Below, piece by piece: positions 1 to 10,894 of a stretch of DNA of 64,000 bases. The translations under genes were made by a program, and so were the position numbers. Every line of letters starts with the position of its first letter. The stretch's first letter is position 1. This DNA comes from Synechococcus sp. (GTDB lineage: Bacteria; Cyanobacteriota; Cyanobacteriia; Thermostichales; PCC-7336), in the NCBI GenBank assembly GCA_051439425.1, contig JBFRWD010000178.1:37931-101930 (forward strand), in the 5' to 3' direction. The notes under the pieces are model-generated. The model saw only the letters and a program-made list of their open reading frames with translations. It had not been told where the DNA came from and did no database searches.

Positions 1-1
1 C

Positions 2-469
2 CACAATATTCCAGTCCTTCTCAATCCTGCTCCTGCTCAAACACTTTCCCCTGACACCCTATCTAAGGTGACCTATTTGGTTGTGAATGAGAGCGAAGCG
101 GCGCTGCTAACCGGGCGAGCCGCCGATGCCATTGTTGATGGATCTACTGCTGTAGAAGCCGCACAAGAACTAGTCACCGCGGGAGTGCAAACAGCCATCG
201 TGACGTTGGGGGAACAAGGGGTTGTGTGGTGCGATCGCCATTCGACGGGACATATTCCGGCTCTCCCTGTTGGTGTGGTGGATACAACGGCTGCCGGCGA
301 TGCGTTTTGCGGAGCCTTAGCTGTCAAGCTGGGGCAAGGGGCTGAATTGCGAGAAGCGATCGCATTCGCTAATGCTGCTGGAGCCATAGCAGTGACAAGA
401 ATGGGGGCTCAGACAAGCTTGGGAGATCGTAACGCGATCGAAACCCTATTGAATCAATTTGCTAGCTAG
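2..469 (+). CDS. rbsK: Ribokinase (PfkB family), C-terminal part; 5' end lies outside the window
   Basis: Frame is open from base 2 (HNIPVLLNPAPA...VVNESEA). Contains VTLGEQG and the PfkB signature VDTTAAGDAF. Confidence 0.9.
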   Translation, partial: HNIPVLLNPAPAQTLSPDTLSKVTYLVVNESEAALLTGRAADAIVDGSTAVEAAQELVTAGVQTAIVTLGEQGVVWCDRHSTGHIPALPVGVVDTTAAGDAFCGALAVKLGQGAELREAIAFANAAGAIAVTRMGAQTSLGDRNAIETLLNQFAS

Positions 470-620
470 GAGGCTGCGATGCAGCGGGTCTTCTGAGGAT
501 TGGGGGTATGGAGGTCCCCAGCTTACCTACTACTAACAGTTGGCATCCGAGCGATGGCTCGCCTCTGTTGACCATGAATGAAGGAATCCTAAAAGTTTTC
601 GTGCTCTTCCGACAACGGAC

Positions 621-1151
621 TCAGACGACAGCCAGTATGTCATGCAGCTTGGTTGGAATTGATTCCCATCGAAGTTGGCGGCGGAGGGGAGACATCGTAA
701 TAGTCGGGTTGCGTTCGCTTGACAGGTAAATTTTAGGGGTCGGTTCTGGTTGCGAGCCCAAGCTGGTTGCCGAACGGTATGCCTTGGCCGGACTATCTTT
801 GCCGGTCGAACTCAGTTCGGTCAGTTCAAATGATTCGAATGCATAACTGCGTAATGGAGCTGTAGTGGCACTGCCTTGCTCGAGCCCTGATTGCAGGCGA
901 TCGACCCCGTCAGGCCATACCTTACGACCAAAATCCAACCCAAACCCCATACAGGGAGTACCGCGACTCTGCCACATCACTAATAATTGCTGAACCGAGA
1001 CCGCCTTATAGCGACCCCTATAGAGGGCTTCAACCAATGCCGATGCCACCCAAGATTGTGGAAACGACCGTTTCCATTCCGCAAGCCAATCTTGTGGCGA
1101 TCGCCCGCCCAGATCGAAGCCGTACTGACAGAGGAAAGCGGTAGCATCCAT
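621..1151 (-). CDS. Conserved cyanobacterial hypothetical protein
   Basis: ATG at 1151. The YGFDL...W...ALVEALYRGRYKAVSVQQLL..WQ.RG.P pattern resembles a cyanobacterial hypothetical family; low-complexity C-terminus. Confidence 0.65.
   Translation of the reverse strand: MDATAFLCQYGFDLGGRSPQDWLAEWKRSFPQSWVASALVEALYRGRYKAVSVQQLLVMWQSRGTPCMGFGLDFGRKVWPDGVDRLQSGLEQGSATTAPLRSYAFESFELTELSSTGKDSPAKAYRSATSLGSQPEPTPKIYLSSERNPTITMSPLRRQLRWESIPTKLHDILAVV
1097..1104. repeat. HIP1 octamer GCGATCGC (one example; recurs throughout, e.g. 2939-2946, 13541-13548)
   Basis: The palindrome is visibly frequent in coding and non-coding DNA, a known cyanobacterial genome signature. Confidence 0.9.
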
Positions 1152-1360
1152 TGCTAAGTCCCCGACACACTTAAAAGAATTCTGAGCGCAGGAAAACCTA
1201 AATAGTAACAATAGAGCAGGTTGTCCCCAACCCAAGGAATTATTCCGATTGTTTAACGTTTCGATCGTGTACGGGATCGATGCGTGGCAGCTCATATGGC
1301 ATCTAAGGCCTAATTTGCAGGTTCAGAGCAGCTTGCGCACTCTCTGACAACCGGTTTATC

Positions 1361-1448
1361 AACCTGAGTTCGATAGCCTTCCCCCCCTCAGTCCCTCCCA
1401 CGGTGGGAGAGGGGAGCAAGAGGCTTCAGACCTTTATCGGATCTCGTT
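1361..1448. repeat. Small dispersed REP/MITE-like palindromic element
   Basis: Ends AACCTGAGTTCGATA and TATCGGATCTCGTT form an imperfect inverted pair. Internal GC-rich hairpin CTCCCA-CGG-TGGGAG flanked by C and G runs; intergenic. Confidence 0.5.
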
Positions 1449-1573
1449 GTACAGCAAGGGAATTATTCAACTCAAATCGCTCTGTCAACTGACGTTTATC
1501 AATGAGAGTGCTCTCAATTCCCCCATTCCGGAGTTGAAGCTTTTAAGCTTAAAGGTACGTTTGAGCTGTCGTT

Positions 1574-2299
1574 GTGACCAGACCCCTTTCTTCCCAAGAT
1601 TCAGATACCCGTGATGACCGCCTAGACACAGGTGACATTCAGAATTTAACTGTTCCTGGAGATCGCGCCATCAAAAAACAGGCATTGCGCCTGGTGGAGA
1701 TTGCGTTTTTATCTAGCGCCGCTGCATTGGCTTGGGTGGTCACCATTTACCTCAACCCCACATTGCCACTGTTGAGGTTGTTTTTTCCGTTACCGGTGGC
1801 GATCTCGATTTTGAGATGGGATTGGCGTACGGGCCGAATGGCACTGGCTGTCTCTACGTTGTTGTTAACCGTTCTGATCGGCCCAACCCGCAGTGTCGTG
1901 TATCTTATGCCCTACGGCCTGCTGGGATTTCTCTGCGGATATTTGTGGCAGAAACGCTACTCGTGGTACTGGTCGGTTCTATTTGGTTCGCTGCTCAGTA
2001 CGTTAGGACTTATCTTTCAACTCGCTTTATCGTCTGTGCTCGTCGGCGAAAATCTGTGGGCATTTGTCACGCTGCAATTAGCCGGTGTCACCAATTGGCT
2101 GCTGGACGTAACGCTAGGTCGGTTCGGAATTCATGTAGCAGCGTCTACTCTAACGATCCAAATGGGGATCGTGGTTCTCGTACTGATGAACTCATTGGTG
2201 TACGTATTCACAATGCATTTGGTTGCAGCATTAGTTATGGAGAAGTTAGACAACCCTCTACCACCGCCACCGAAGTGGGTGCAAGTCTTGTTGGCCTGA
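1574..2299 (+). CDS. DUF2232-family integral membrane protein
   Basis: LVEIAFLSS...LRLFFPLPVA...LIGPTRS...PYGLLG and C-terminal PPPPKWVQ; several TM segments. Confidence 0.8.
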   Translation: MTRPLSSQDSDTRDDRLDTGDIQNLTVPGDRAIKKQALRLVEIAFLSSAAALAWVVTIYLNPTLPLLRLFFPLPVAISILRWDWRTGRMALAVSTLLLTVLIGPTRSVVYLMPYGLLGFLCGYLWQKRYSWYWSVLFGSLLSTLGLIFQLALSSVLVGENLWAFVTLQLAGVTNWLLDVTLGRFGIHVAASTLTIQMGIVVLVLMNSLVYVFTMHLVAALVMEKLDNPLPPPPKWVQVLLA

Positions 2300-2532
2300 G
2301 AATGGTTCGTTCGCAGCGAACGCACGGTACGTAGGCCAAGCCACGGATACGACCAACCTCATTCAACGCTCCCTCAGGCATGCGATCGACTCACTTCAAC
2401 CCATTGGAACAGACGTTTTCACCTTGTGGTTGATTACTTCTGAAGGATGTCTGCTTCACCGTTCGCTTTAGACCACAAACGAAACTCGTTATATTAGCAA
2501 TTGAAACAGTCTGTTACATATGGCCAGCAATA

Positions 2533-3405
2533 ATGGTTTCAGCACTCCTTCAATCACTTCGAGGTTGCCGCACAGTACTGCGAGGAAAGCGATGCCGCTG
2601 GCGGGGATTCGTGCTGACCATGGCTTGCTGCTTTGTCTTGAGTTTGTGGGATAGCTCTGCTGCCCTTGCTCAACGGCAGCTACCTGTTGTGGAGATGGAC
2701 TTCCCCGAGCCAATGGTGACGGTACTGGATTTGGCCAAGCAGTTATCTGATAACCAGGAAGCGCAACTGGATACCCAACTCAAGGCCCTTGAAAAAGACA
2801 CAGGCTGGAAATTGCGTGTGCTGACTCAATTCGATCGCTCGCCGGGTCGCCAGGTGAAAGAATACTGGGAATTGGACGATCGCAGCGTGTTGATGGTGGC
2901 CGATCCCCGTGGAGGAAATCTACTTGCATTTAATGTAGGCGATCGCGTTCGGGAGATCTTGCCTCGAACTTTTTGGATTGAGTTGCAGTCTCGCTATGGA
3001 AATCAGTTCTTCGTACGGGATAACGGCAAAGCGCAATCGATTCTCAGTACCATCAATTCGCTGGATGGCTGCTTCCGCCAGGGAGGCTGCCGCGTCGTAC
3101 CAGGCCTTCCTAACGAGCAGTGGGTGTTAACTCTGGCGACCTCGATCGCAGGAGGCATTGTGTGTGGATTTGCAGGTAAGCCTCGCAATTCAGATGAAAT
3201 CTTCAACTGGCAATGGGCTCTATTGTTTTCACCCCTGTGGTTAGTCCTGTTTGGCGGATTTGGGATCGGCCCCGTACTTCGACGCACTACAGATTGGCTC
3301 CCGATCACCCGTAACGTATTGGGATTTCTGGCCGGGTTGCTAACTATCTACGTTCTTCCGTTCACTCCTAGCATAGGAGATGGCTCCGAATCTACAGACT
3401 CATAG
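2533..3405 (+). CDS. TPM-domain protein (similar to plant thylakoid lumen 15 kDa protein 2); start may be downstream
   Basis: Signal peptide ending AALA; VLDLAKQLS...GWKLRVLTQ...FWIELQSRYGN; C-terminal TM helices. Confidence 0.8.
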   Translation: MVSALLQSLRGCRTVLRGKRCRWRGFVLTMACCFVLSLWDSSAALAQRQLPVVEMDFPEPMVTVLDLAKQLSDNQEAQLDTQLKALEKDTGWKLRVLTQFDRSPGRQVKEYWELDDRSVLMVADPRGGNLLAFNVGDRVREILPRTFWIELQSRYGNQFFVRDNGKAQSILSTINSLDGCFRQGGCRVVPGLPNEQWVLTLATSIAGGIVCGFAGKPRNSDEIFNWQWALLFSPLWLVLFGGFGIGPVLRRTTDWLPITRNVLGFLAGLLTIYVLPFTPSIGDGSESTDS

Positions 3406-3743
3406 ACATTCGCTGTCTTCGCCAGCTTGCAACCACCGGCCTCGCACACCTGCTCAAATAGCTCGTAAGGGGATCGCCAATTTTCCTCAAAAGCAAGCTA
3501 ACTTTTGCAATAAATCACCCCTCAGCCAGCATAAAGAGAATCTAAAAATCCACATCTGACAATTGATATAGATAGCCTTTAGATTCCCTCAAGCGACCGT
3601 AGGGTAGGCACTTGAGGGAAGTGTTTTAGCTTGCCGATCGGTCGTTAATGCTGAAGGCCCTTTCCCCGCGATTTTTGTAAATCAAAATGTGCTAACACGT
3701 AGTTGGTGCAGTCATTTATTTGTTTGGGAGAAACAGTGGTTAA

Positions 3744-4148
3744 TTGAGGCTGTATGGCCAACGATTCGTTCGCGAGTTAGCAGGAAACATAGGCGGCCAG
3801 ATTAGGCCGATAGCTTGGTCTCCTGCATACCTTTCATTAAGCTTGTCAGCGTTACCCACGGTGCAGGTTGATTTGCTCGATATTTCTGTCTATCGGTACA
3901 ACATGTACGCTTTACTCCAACATCTGAGGAGAGGGTCATATTTACCTCCTTGGATGGTCTTCTGTTCCGATGCCGTCTGCCATGCTCTGCGATGGAGCCT
4001 TGCATCGGCGACCGTCAACCACAATAGGGTCGCTGATTTGCCCGCGCAGAATGACGTTCAACTGACGACATTGACTTCATTTGAAACATTGATTGAAGTT
4101 GATGTCTTGAAGCCACTCTCCACTGACTCGGCGATTACTTGTTTTTGA
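3744..4148 (+). CDS. Hypothetical protein, possibly a degenerate receiver-like domain
   Basis: 134-codon ORF (TTG start) filling the gap before glgP. DLLDISVYRYNMYALLQHLRR and DVLKPLS weakly echo receiver motifs. Confidence 0.3.
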   Translation: MRLYGQRFVRELAGNIGGQIRPIAWSPAYLSLSLSALPTVQVDLLDISVYRYNMYALLQHLRRGSYLPPWMVFCSDAVCHALRWSLASATVNHNRVADLPAQNDVQLTTLTSFETLIEVDVLKPLSTDSAITCF

Positions 4149-4268
4149 TGGTGGGTTGCACTCCGTACAGGTTTTGTCCGATAACGGTTTGCGGATGATG
4201 GCGGCAAGAACGAATGTCCCTGACTTTAGATTTCTGTTCCACTTAATGATGAGGAACCTCGACTAGCC

Positions 4269-6797
4269 ATGAATATCCCTGAAGGTTTTGTTTGTCCCGA
4301 TGTCCGTGTTGAAGAGGATCGCACCGGGCTGAGCGTTGAGACGCTGAAACGGGCATTTGTTAATAACTTGTTCTACGTGCAGGGAAAGTTTCCCGCACTG
4401 GCCACCAAAAATGATTACTACATGGCGATCGCCCATACGGTGCGAGATCGAATGTTGCAGCGCTGGAATAGCACTGCAGAAGCTTATACCCAGACGGGAG
4501 CCCGGACCGTTTGCTACTTCTCGGCCGAGTTCCTGATGGGGCCTCACCTGATCAATAACCTGATTAACTTGGGCATTTACGACAATGCCAAGCAAGCTTT
4601 GAGCGAGCTAGGACTCAACTTGGACGATTTGAGCGAGCTGGAGGAAGAGCCCGGATTAGGCAATGGCGGCTTGGGACGTCTGGCAGCGTGCTACCTCGAT
4701 TCTCTGGCGACGTTGGAGCTACCCACGCTGGGATACGGTATTCGCTACGAATTCGGCATCTTCGACCAAGAAATTCACGATGGTTGGCAGGTTGAAGTGA
4801 CCGACAAGTGGCTGCGAAATGGCAACCCTTGGGAGCTACCACGACCGGAATGGGCAGTTGAGGTCAAGTTTGGCGGCCATACCGAATCGTATGTGGACGA
4901 TCGCGAGCGATACCGGGTCCGTTGGGTACCCGAAAAGGTGGTCAAAGGGGTGCCCTACGACACTCCGATTTTGGGATACAAAGTCAACACTGCGAATACG
5001 TTGCGCTTGTGGAAAGCCGAGGCCACTGACTCGTTTGACTTCAGTGCCTTCAATCGCGGTGACTACTACGGAGCCGTAACCCGCAAGATCGTCTCCGAAA
5101 ACATCACGAAGGTGTTGTATCCCAACGACGAGCAGATTCAAGGGAAGCAACTGCGATTGGAGCAGCAATTCTTCTTTGTCTCCTGTTCGCTACAAGACAT
5201 GTTCCGCATTATGGAACAACAAAATATCCCGCTGGAGAAATTCCACGAGAAGTTCTCCGTCCAGCTAAACGATACTCATCCCGCAATCTCGGTCGCAGAG
5301 TTAATGCGATTGCTAGTTGATGAGAAGGGCATGCCCTGGGAGCGTGCGTGGGAAATCACCCACAAGACATTCGCATATACCAATCACACTCTGTTGCCCG
5401 AAGCGCTAGAAAAATGGCCGCTGAGTCTGTTTGGCAAGATGCTACCCCGCCATCTGGAAATTATTTACGAGATCAACCAGCGATTCCTGGAGCGGGTGCG
5501 TATCAAGTTCATCAACGACGACAAACGTTTGGCCCGTCTGTCACTGATCGATGAGACCGGGGAGCGTTCTATTCGAATGGCAAACTTAGCCTGTGTGGGC
5601 AGTCACACCATCAATGGTGTAGCCGAGTTGCACAGTCAATTGCTAAAGCAGGATGTATTGAAGGACTTTTACGAGCTGTGGCCGGAGAAGTTCACCAATG
5701 TCACCAATGGAGTGACCCCACGCCGTTGGATAGTGGTTAGCAACCCAACTCTGAGCGATCTGATCGATAGCAAAATTGGTGATGGTTGGACGGTTCAGCT
5801 AGAACAACTGAAGCAATTGGAAGCGTTTGCTGATGATGCTGGCTTCAAAGATGAATGGATGAAGGTTAAGCAGGCGAATAAGAGCTCACTTGCCGATCGC
5901 ATCTATCGTCAGGCGGGGATCGCCGTCGATCCCAGTTCCATCTTCGACGTTCATGTGAAACGCTTCCACGAATACAAGCGCCAACACCTCAATATCCTGC
6001 ATGTGATCTCTCTGTACTTGCAGCTCAAGAACAATCCCAATCTGGATATCCCGCCACGGACATTCATTTTTGCTGGAAAGGCGGCGCCAGGATATTTCAT
6101 GGCCAAGCTAATTATTAAACTGATCACGTCAGTCGCCGATGTCGTCAATAGCGATCCAGATGTCAGCGATCGTCTCAAGATCATTTTTCTGCCTGACTAC
6201 AACGTCACCAATAGCCAACGAATTTATCCTGCGGCCGATCTTTCGGAACAAATTTCAACGGCAGGGAAAGAGGCCTCCGGTACCGGCAACATGAAATTTG
6301 CCCTGAACGGAGCTCTCACCATCGGGACCCTTGATGGTGCCAATATCGAAATTCGGATGGAAGTCGGTGCGGAGAATTTCTTCTTATTCGGGCTGACAAC
6401 GCCGCAAGTCAAAGCGCTTAAGGCAGCTGGCTACAATCCTTGGGACTACTACAGCACCAACAGCCGCCTGCAAGAAGCGATTGATTTGGTAGCCTCCGGC
6501 TTCTTCTCCCACGGCAATGCCGAACTGTTCCGTCCGCTGATCGCCTCGCTATTGAACGACGATCCCTATCTGGTACTGGCAGATTTCCAGTCTTATGCGG
6601 ATTGTCAAACACTGGTTGGAGAGGCATACCGAGATCGCGACAAGTGGACGCGCATGTCGATTTTGAATAGTGCTCGCATGGGTAAGTTCTCCAGCGATCG
6701 CTCCGTGCGCGACTATTGCCAACACATTTGGAAGGTGGATCCGGTGGCGATCGACTTGGAAGAATTCAATACGGCATTCGGGGTGACGTTCTCATGA
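4269..6797 (+). CDS. glgP: Glycogen/starch phosphorylase
   Basis: EPGLGNGGLGRLAAC, QLNDTHP, KRFHEYKRQ and PLP-lysine motif EASGTGNMKF; RBS GAGGA upstream. Confidence 0.98.
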   Translation: MNIPEGFVCPDVRVEEDRTGLSVETLKRAFVNNLFYVQGKFPALATKNDYYMAIAHTVRDRMLQRWNSTAEAYTQTGARTVCYFSAEFLMGPHLINNLINLGIYDNAKQALSELGLNLDDLSELEEEPGLGNGGLGRLAACYLDSLATLELPTLGYGIRYEFGIFDQEIHDGWQVEVTDKWLRNGNPWELPRPEWAVEVKFGGHTESYVDDRERYRVRWVPEKVVKGVPYDTPILGYKVNTANTLRLWKAEATDSFDFSAFNRGDYYGAVTRKIVSENITKVLYPNDEQIQGKQLRLEQQFFFVSCSLQDMFRIMEQQNIPLEKFHEKFSVQLNDTHPAISVAELMRLLVDEKGMPWERAWEITHKTFAYTNHTLLPEALEKWPLSLFGKMLPRHLEIIYEINQRFLERVRIKFINDDKRLARLSLIDETGERSIRMANLACVGSHTINGVAELHSQLLKQDVLKDFYELWPEKFTNVTNGVTPRRWIVVSNPTLSDLIDSKIGDGWTVQLEQLKQLEAFADDAGFKDEWMKVKQANKSSLADRIYRQAGIAVDPSSIFDVHVKRFHEYKRQHLNILHVISLYLQLKNNPNLDIPPRTFIFAGKAAPGYFMAKLIIKLITSVADVVNSDPDVSDRLKIIFLPDYNVTNSQRIYPAADLSEQISTAGKEASGTGNMKFALNGALTIGTLDGANIEIRMEVGAENFFLFGLTTPQVKALKAAGYNPWDYYSTNSRLQEAIDLVASGFFSHGNAELFRPLIASLLNDDPYLVLADFQSYADCQTLVGEAYRDRDKWTRMSILNSARMGKFSSDRSVRDYCQHIWKVDPVAIDLEEFNTAFGVTFS

Positions 6798-6853
6798 TGT
6801 CTTGAGTCCCGATTCAATTGTTTCGGTATTGTTTCGGTTTCGATAATTCCAGT

Positions 6854-6888
6854 AGCGGACTTCCTGTGGAGTCCGCTTTGGTTATTTT
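6854..6888 (+). terminator. Intrinsic terminator after glgP
   Basis: AGCGGACT...AGTCCGCT stem followed by a T-rich tail. Confidence 0.65.
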
Positions 6889-7181
6889 GCGACTTCCCTT
6901 CAAAGCTTTTTCAACGATCGACAATCCGCGATGGAGGCTTCCCTGACTACTTTTCCTTGAAAACCAAGATTTTCCCAGTCTCAACCCTCTAGACCTTACA
7001 GCTGATTGCCATACAGCGACTTTGGCGCATCACGAAAAACACCACTGACTCTGGCACCCCTTCTCAGGCTTTCTGTCGGTATTGTGAAATCACATCGTCA
7101 TCGTGCGCCCCCAATCAGTCCTGGATGGCATTGCCTCCATTACCCTGCTCTTTTTTCCTGCAGCAACTCCCCATCCCAACG

Positions 7182-10100
7182 ATGCCTACCGATGCTACCT
7201 ATACCTATCAAGTGGGAGGCAGTTTACCTGCCGATTCGCCCACCTACGTGCAGCGTCGTTCGGACGAAGATCTGTACCGCCGCCTCAAAGCTGGAGAGTT
7301 CTGCTACGTCTTGAATTCTCGGCAGATGGGTAAATCCAGCTTGCGGGTGCGAACCATGCAGCGCTTGCAAGAGGATGGGGTGGCCTGTGCGGCACTTGAG
7401 CTGACTCAAATTGGCAGCCAACGCATCACTCCAGAGGTGTGGTATGCCGGATTTATTCGCAATCTCGTGTTTAGTTTTGGGCTGAGCGATCGGTTTAATT
7501 TACGCCGGTGGTGGCGGGAGTTAGATTGGCTCTCTCCGGTTCAACGGTTCAGCGAATTTCTCGAAACCGTCCTATTGCAAGAACTGTCAGGGAATATTGC
7601 CATCTTTGTAGATGAAATCGATAGTCTACTGCGACTGGATTTCAAAGACGATTTTTTTGCAGTCATTCGTTCCTGCTTTAACCGGCGTGCCAGCGTCCCT
7701 GACTTTCGACGTCTGACATTCGTAATGTTTGGCGTCGCAACTCCCTCCAGCTTGATTCAAGACAAAACTCGGACTCCATTCAATATCGGATACGCGATCG
7801 AGCTGACTGGGTTTCAACCTTACGAAACTCAACCACTGGCAGACGGTCTAGCAAGCAAAACAGTGCATGCCGATACCGTCCTTCAACTCGTTCTGGATTG
7901 GTCGGGGGGGCAGCCCTTTTTGACTCAAAAAATTTGCCAAGCGATTTCCCGTTTGCCCACATCGCTGCCAGAAGAACCATCGGCGATTGCCCTCTGGGTC
8001 GAAACGTTTGTGCGGGACTGCATCATTACTAACTGGGAAACCCGTGATGAGCCCGAACATTTGCGAACTATTCGCAATCGGCTGCTGCAAAACGAAAGTC
8101 GGGTGGGACGATTGTTGGGTATCTATCGCCGCATCCTAGAGTATGGCAATGTCAGGGTGGATGGTAGCGCGGAACAGGTAGAATTACAGCTTTCCGGTTT
8201 GGTGGTCAAACGACTGGGTCGCTTGGTGGTGCGCAATCGCATTTACCAAAAAGTCTTTAATTTGGACTGGGTGGACGATGTATTGGCCAACAGCCGCCCC
8301 GAATTTTATGCCAAAGCCCTAGAAGCATGGGCGGATGCCCGTAACCAAGCCCTCTCAGAACTGAATCGAGAGGGACAGACTGTAACTCCTCCTGCGCCTG
8401 TTCCCCCCTTGCAACCGACCCATCGCTTGCTCAGTTTGAAGTGGTTGCTACCCTCGCAGTTTTTCAGTCCGCGATCGCACCAACAACCATCGTTGCCACT
8501 GCTGATGGGGAAGGATTTGCAGGCTGCCCAGCAGTGGGCTGCCGGCCAGCAACTGAGCGATGCCGATTATCAGTTTCTGGCTGCCTGCCAAAAAGCGGAT
8601 GCCAATCGCATTTTGGCCGAGGCACAACGGCAGGCTCGACGCAATTCGTATGTGGGGCTGGCAGTGTTGGCCGGCACCATGGTGATGGCGGGATATCTCA
8701 GCAACTGGGCGAGTTCCAATATCCGTAAGGAGCAGCAAATTACGGCGATCGAGCGAGATAGCCGCCAGGCGCTGGAGCAATACGAGTTCAAACAACTGGA
8801 GTCGTTAGTTCTGGCGGTAAAAGCCGGACGAGCGGTCGAGGACTTAGCGAACAATCGCCTTGCCAATCCCTATCCCACCTTGGCCCCATTACTGGCACTG
8901 CAACAAATCATGGGGGCGATCAACGAACAAAATCGAATTGGTGGTGGCTCTCAAGGGGTCGTCATGACGGTGGCCATGTCCCCCCAAGGCGATCGAATTG
9001 CCACTGGGGGGCGAGATGGCTCGATTCGGCTGTTGCAGTTAACCGGCGAGCTGCATTTGGAGGCCACTGCCCACATGGAGGCGGTGGAGGATATTACCTT
9101 CAGCCCGGATGGAAATCTCTTTGCTACGGTGTCCCGCGATGGTACAGCAGTGGTGTGGAATCTGGAAGGCACTGTGCTGCGTGCGATTCAGCATAGCGAG
9201 CCACTAGAGGCGATTAGCTTCAGTCCGGATGGCGAAAGCATTGTGACGGCGTCTAGTGCGGGGAGAATTCGAGTGTGGTCGTTGCGAGAGGAACTGCTCC
9301 TCAGTTTTGTTGCAAACGACGGCCCCATTCAATCAGTGCAGTTTTCTCGGTCGGGAGATGCAATCGTTGCAACAGTGCTCGATCGCGTTAGCGTTTGGAC
9401 GCTTGATGGAGTGCTCTTGACCGAATTGATCGGTCATAGCGGTCGAGTCAGCAGCTTGGATATCAGCCCCGATAACACTCTAATCGTGACGGCATCTGAT
9501 GACGCAACGGTGCGACTGTGGGATATCCGAGGCATACCGATCGCAGAGTTTAACGGCCACCGGAGCTCGGTATTGAGCGTTGTCTTTAGCCCCGATGGCG
9601 AGACGATCGCCTCGGCTTCTACCGATCGGACTGTGCGCTTGTGGTCCCTCAACGGCAATCCTCTTGCCGTATTTCGCGGTCACCAAGACTGGGTCAGGGA
9701 TGTGGATTTTAGCCCCAGCGGTCAGCTGCTTGTATCGGCGTCTGAAGATCAGACCGTGCGGGTGTGGAATCTGCAGCCACAAGGCCCGACCCAAACCATG
9801 AACCATTCCAATAGCGTGTTAGGACTGACCTACCTACCGAATGACAGCGGCATTTTGACGGCCTCCAGTGATGGGGTGGTGCGATTGTGGGGCACCGATA
9901 GCGAAAAGTTAGATGAATGGGCAGGGCATCAAGGACCGATTTGGGATATTGCAGTCAGCAGCAGCGGGGAGTATTTGGCGACCGCATCCAGCGATCGCAC
10001 CGCTCGTGTGTGGCACCGTTCTGGACGCCTGTTGGCGGAGCTGGAAGGGCACAATGCCGAAGTCTACGGTGTGAGTATCGATCCCAACGAAGAATATGTG

Positions 10101-10769
10101 GCGACAGCATCGCGGGATGGCGTGGTGCGGTTGTGGACGTTGCAAGGCCGAGCGATTCGGGAGTTTTCCGGTCACCAGAATGCGGTCTGGGGATTGGCAT
10201 TTAGTCCGGATAGTCGGACGATCGCCAGTGCGTCAGCAGACCGTAGCGTCAGGTTGTGGGCATTGGACGGCACACAGCTGGCGGAGATGAGGAACCATCA
10301 GGGACGTGTTTGGAAGGTGGCGTTTAGCCCGAATGGCGATCGGTTGGCCTCAGTCTCCGATGACGGAACCGCTCGCCTGTGGGATCGCTCCGGCAATCAA
10401 TTGGCTCAGTATGAAGCCCACCTTGGGGCGGTACGAGATGTGCAATTTAGTGGCGATGGCCAACTTCTGGCGACAGCCTCTGAGGACGGCACCGCGAGGA
10501 TTTGGACTCTGCAGGGACAGCAGGTGGCAGAGTTCGATCATTTTGATAGCCGGGTTTTTGCCGTTCGGTTTAGTCCAAACAGCGAGACCTTAGCAACAGC
10601 ATCGGAAGAGACCCTGCAATTGTGGGAGTTGCGAGAGCTCGATTTGCCCAAATTACTGGACCGTAGTTGCCAGTGGCTGCAGCTCTATCTGGCCCATCCC
10701 ACCACTAGTCCGGAAGAAAGGGCCTTGTGTAGTGGCACTTCTCCTCGCAGCGCGCCTTGGCAGAATTAA
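7182..10769 (+). CDS. AAA-like (AAA_35) STAND-type ATPase with TM segment and about 14 WD40 repeats
   Basis: [15 protein letters not shown], Walker A SRQMGKSS, Walker [17 protein letters not shown], a TM helix, then repeated GH...ASAS.D.TVRLW units. Confidence 0.92.
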   Translation: MPTDATYTYQVGGSLPADSPTYVQRRSDEDLYRRLKAGEFCYVLNSRQMGKSSLRVRTMQRLQEDGVACAALELTQIGSQRITPEVWYAGFIRNLVFSFGLSDRFNLRRWWRELDWLSPVQRFSEFLETVLLQELSGNIAIFVDEIDSLLRLDFKDDFFAVIRSCFNRRASVPDFRRLTFVMFGVATPSSLIQDKTRTPFNIGYAIELTGFQPYETQPLADGLASKTVHADTVLQLVLDWSGGQPFLTQKICQAISRLPTSLPEEPSAIALWVETFVRDCIITNWETRDEPEHLRTIRNRLLQNESRVGRLLGIYRRILEYGNVRVDGSAEQVELQLSGLVVKRLGRLVVRNRIYQKVFNLDWVDDVLANSRPEFYAKALEAWADARNQALSELNREGQTVTPPAPVPPLQPTHRLLSLKWLLPSQFFSPRSHQQPSLPLLMGKDLQAAQQWAAGQQLSDADYQFLAACQKADANRILAEAQRQARRNSYVGLAVLAGTMVMAGYLSNWASSNIRKEQQITAIERDSRQALEQYEFKQLESLVLAVKAGRAVEDLANNRLANPYPTLAPLLALQQIMGAINEQNRIGGGSQGVVMTVAMSPQGDRIATGGRDGSIRLLQLTGELHLEATAHMEAVEDITFSPDGNLFATVSRDGTAVVWNLEGTVLRAIQHSEPLEAISFSPDGESIVTASSAGRIRVWSLREELLLSFVANDGPIQSVQFSRSGDAIVATVLDRVSVWTLDGVLLTELIGHSGRVSSLDISPDNTLIVTASDDATVRLWDIRGIPIAEFNGHRSSVLSVVFSPDGETIASASTDRTVRLWSLNGNPLAVFRGHQDWVRDVDFSPSGQLLVSASEDQTVRVWNLQPQGPTQTMNHSNSVLGLTYLPNDSGILTASSDGVVRLWGTDSEKLDEWAGHQGPIWDIAVSSSGEYLATASSDRTARVWHRSGRLLAELEGHNAEVYGVSIDPNEEYVATASRDGVVRLWTLQGRAIREFSGHQNAVWGLAFSPDSRTIASASADRSVRLWALDGTQLAEMRNHQGRVWKVAFSPNGDRLASVSDDGTARLWDRSGNQLAQYEAHLGAVRDVQFSGDGQLLATASEDGTARIWTLQGQQVAEFDHFDSRVFAVRFSPNSETLATASEETLQLWELRELDLPKLLDRSCQWLQLYLAHPTTSPEERALCSGTSPRSAPWQN

Positions 10770-10894
10770 CAATCTGCGCGCGCCCATTTTTCGGCCCCAA
10801 AAACTCCCACTCGAAAGCAGGAGTTTTGGAGATATTTGTGATGTTCGCCGCGCGTGACGGCTTACGCCAATCACCTCGAAGCAGAGCCGACCGA

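Noticed and set aside
1732..2334. 200-aa alternate-frame ORF, and the many antisense ORFs within glgP, clpC, acs and the WD40 gene
   Set aside because: Shadow ORFs fully overlapping well-supported genes.
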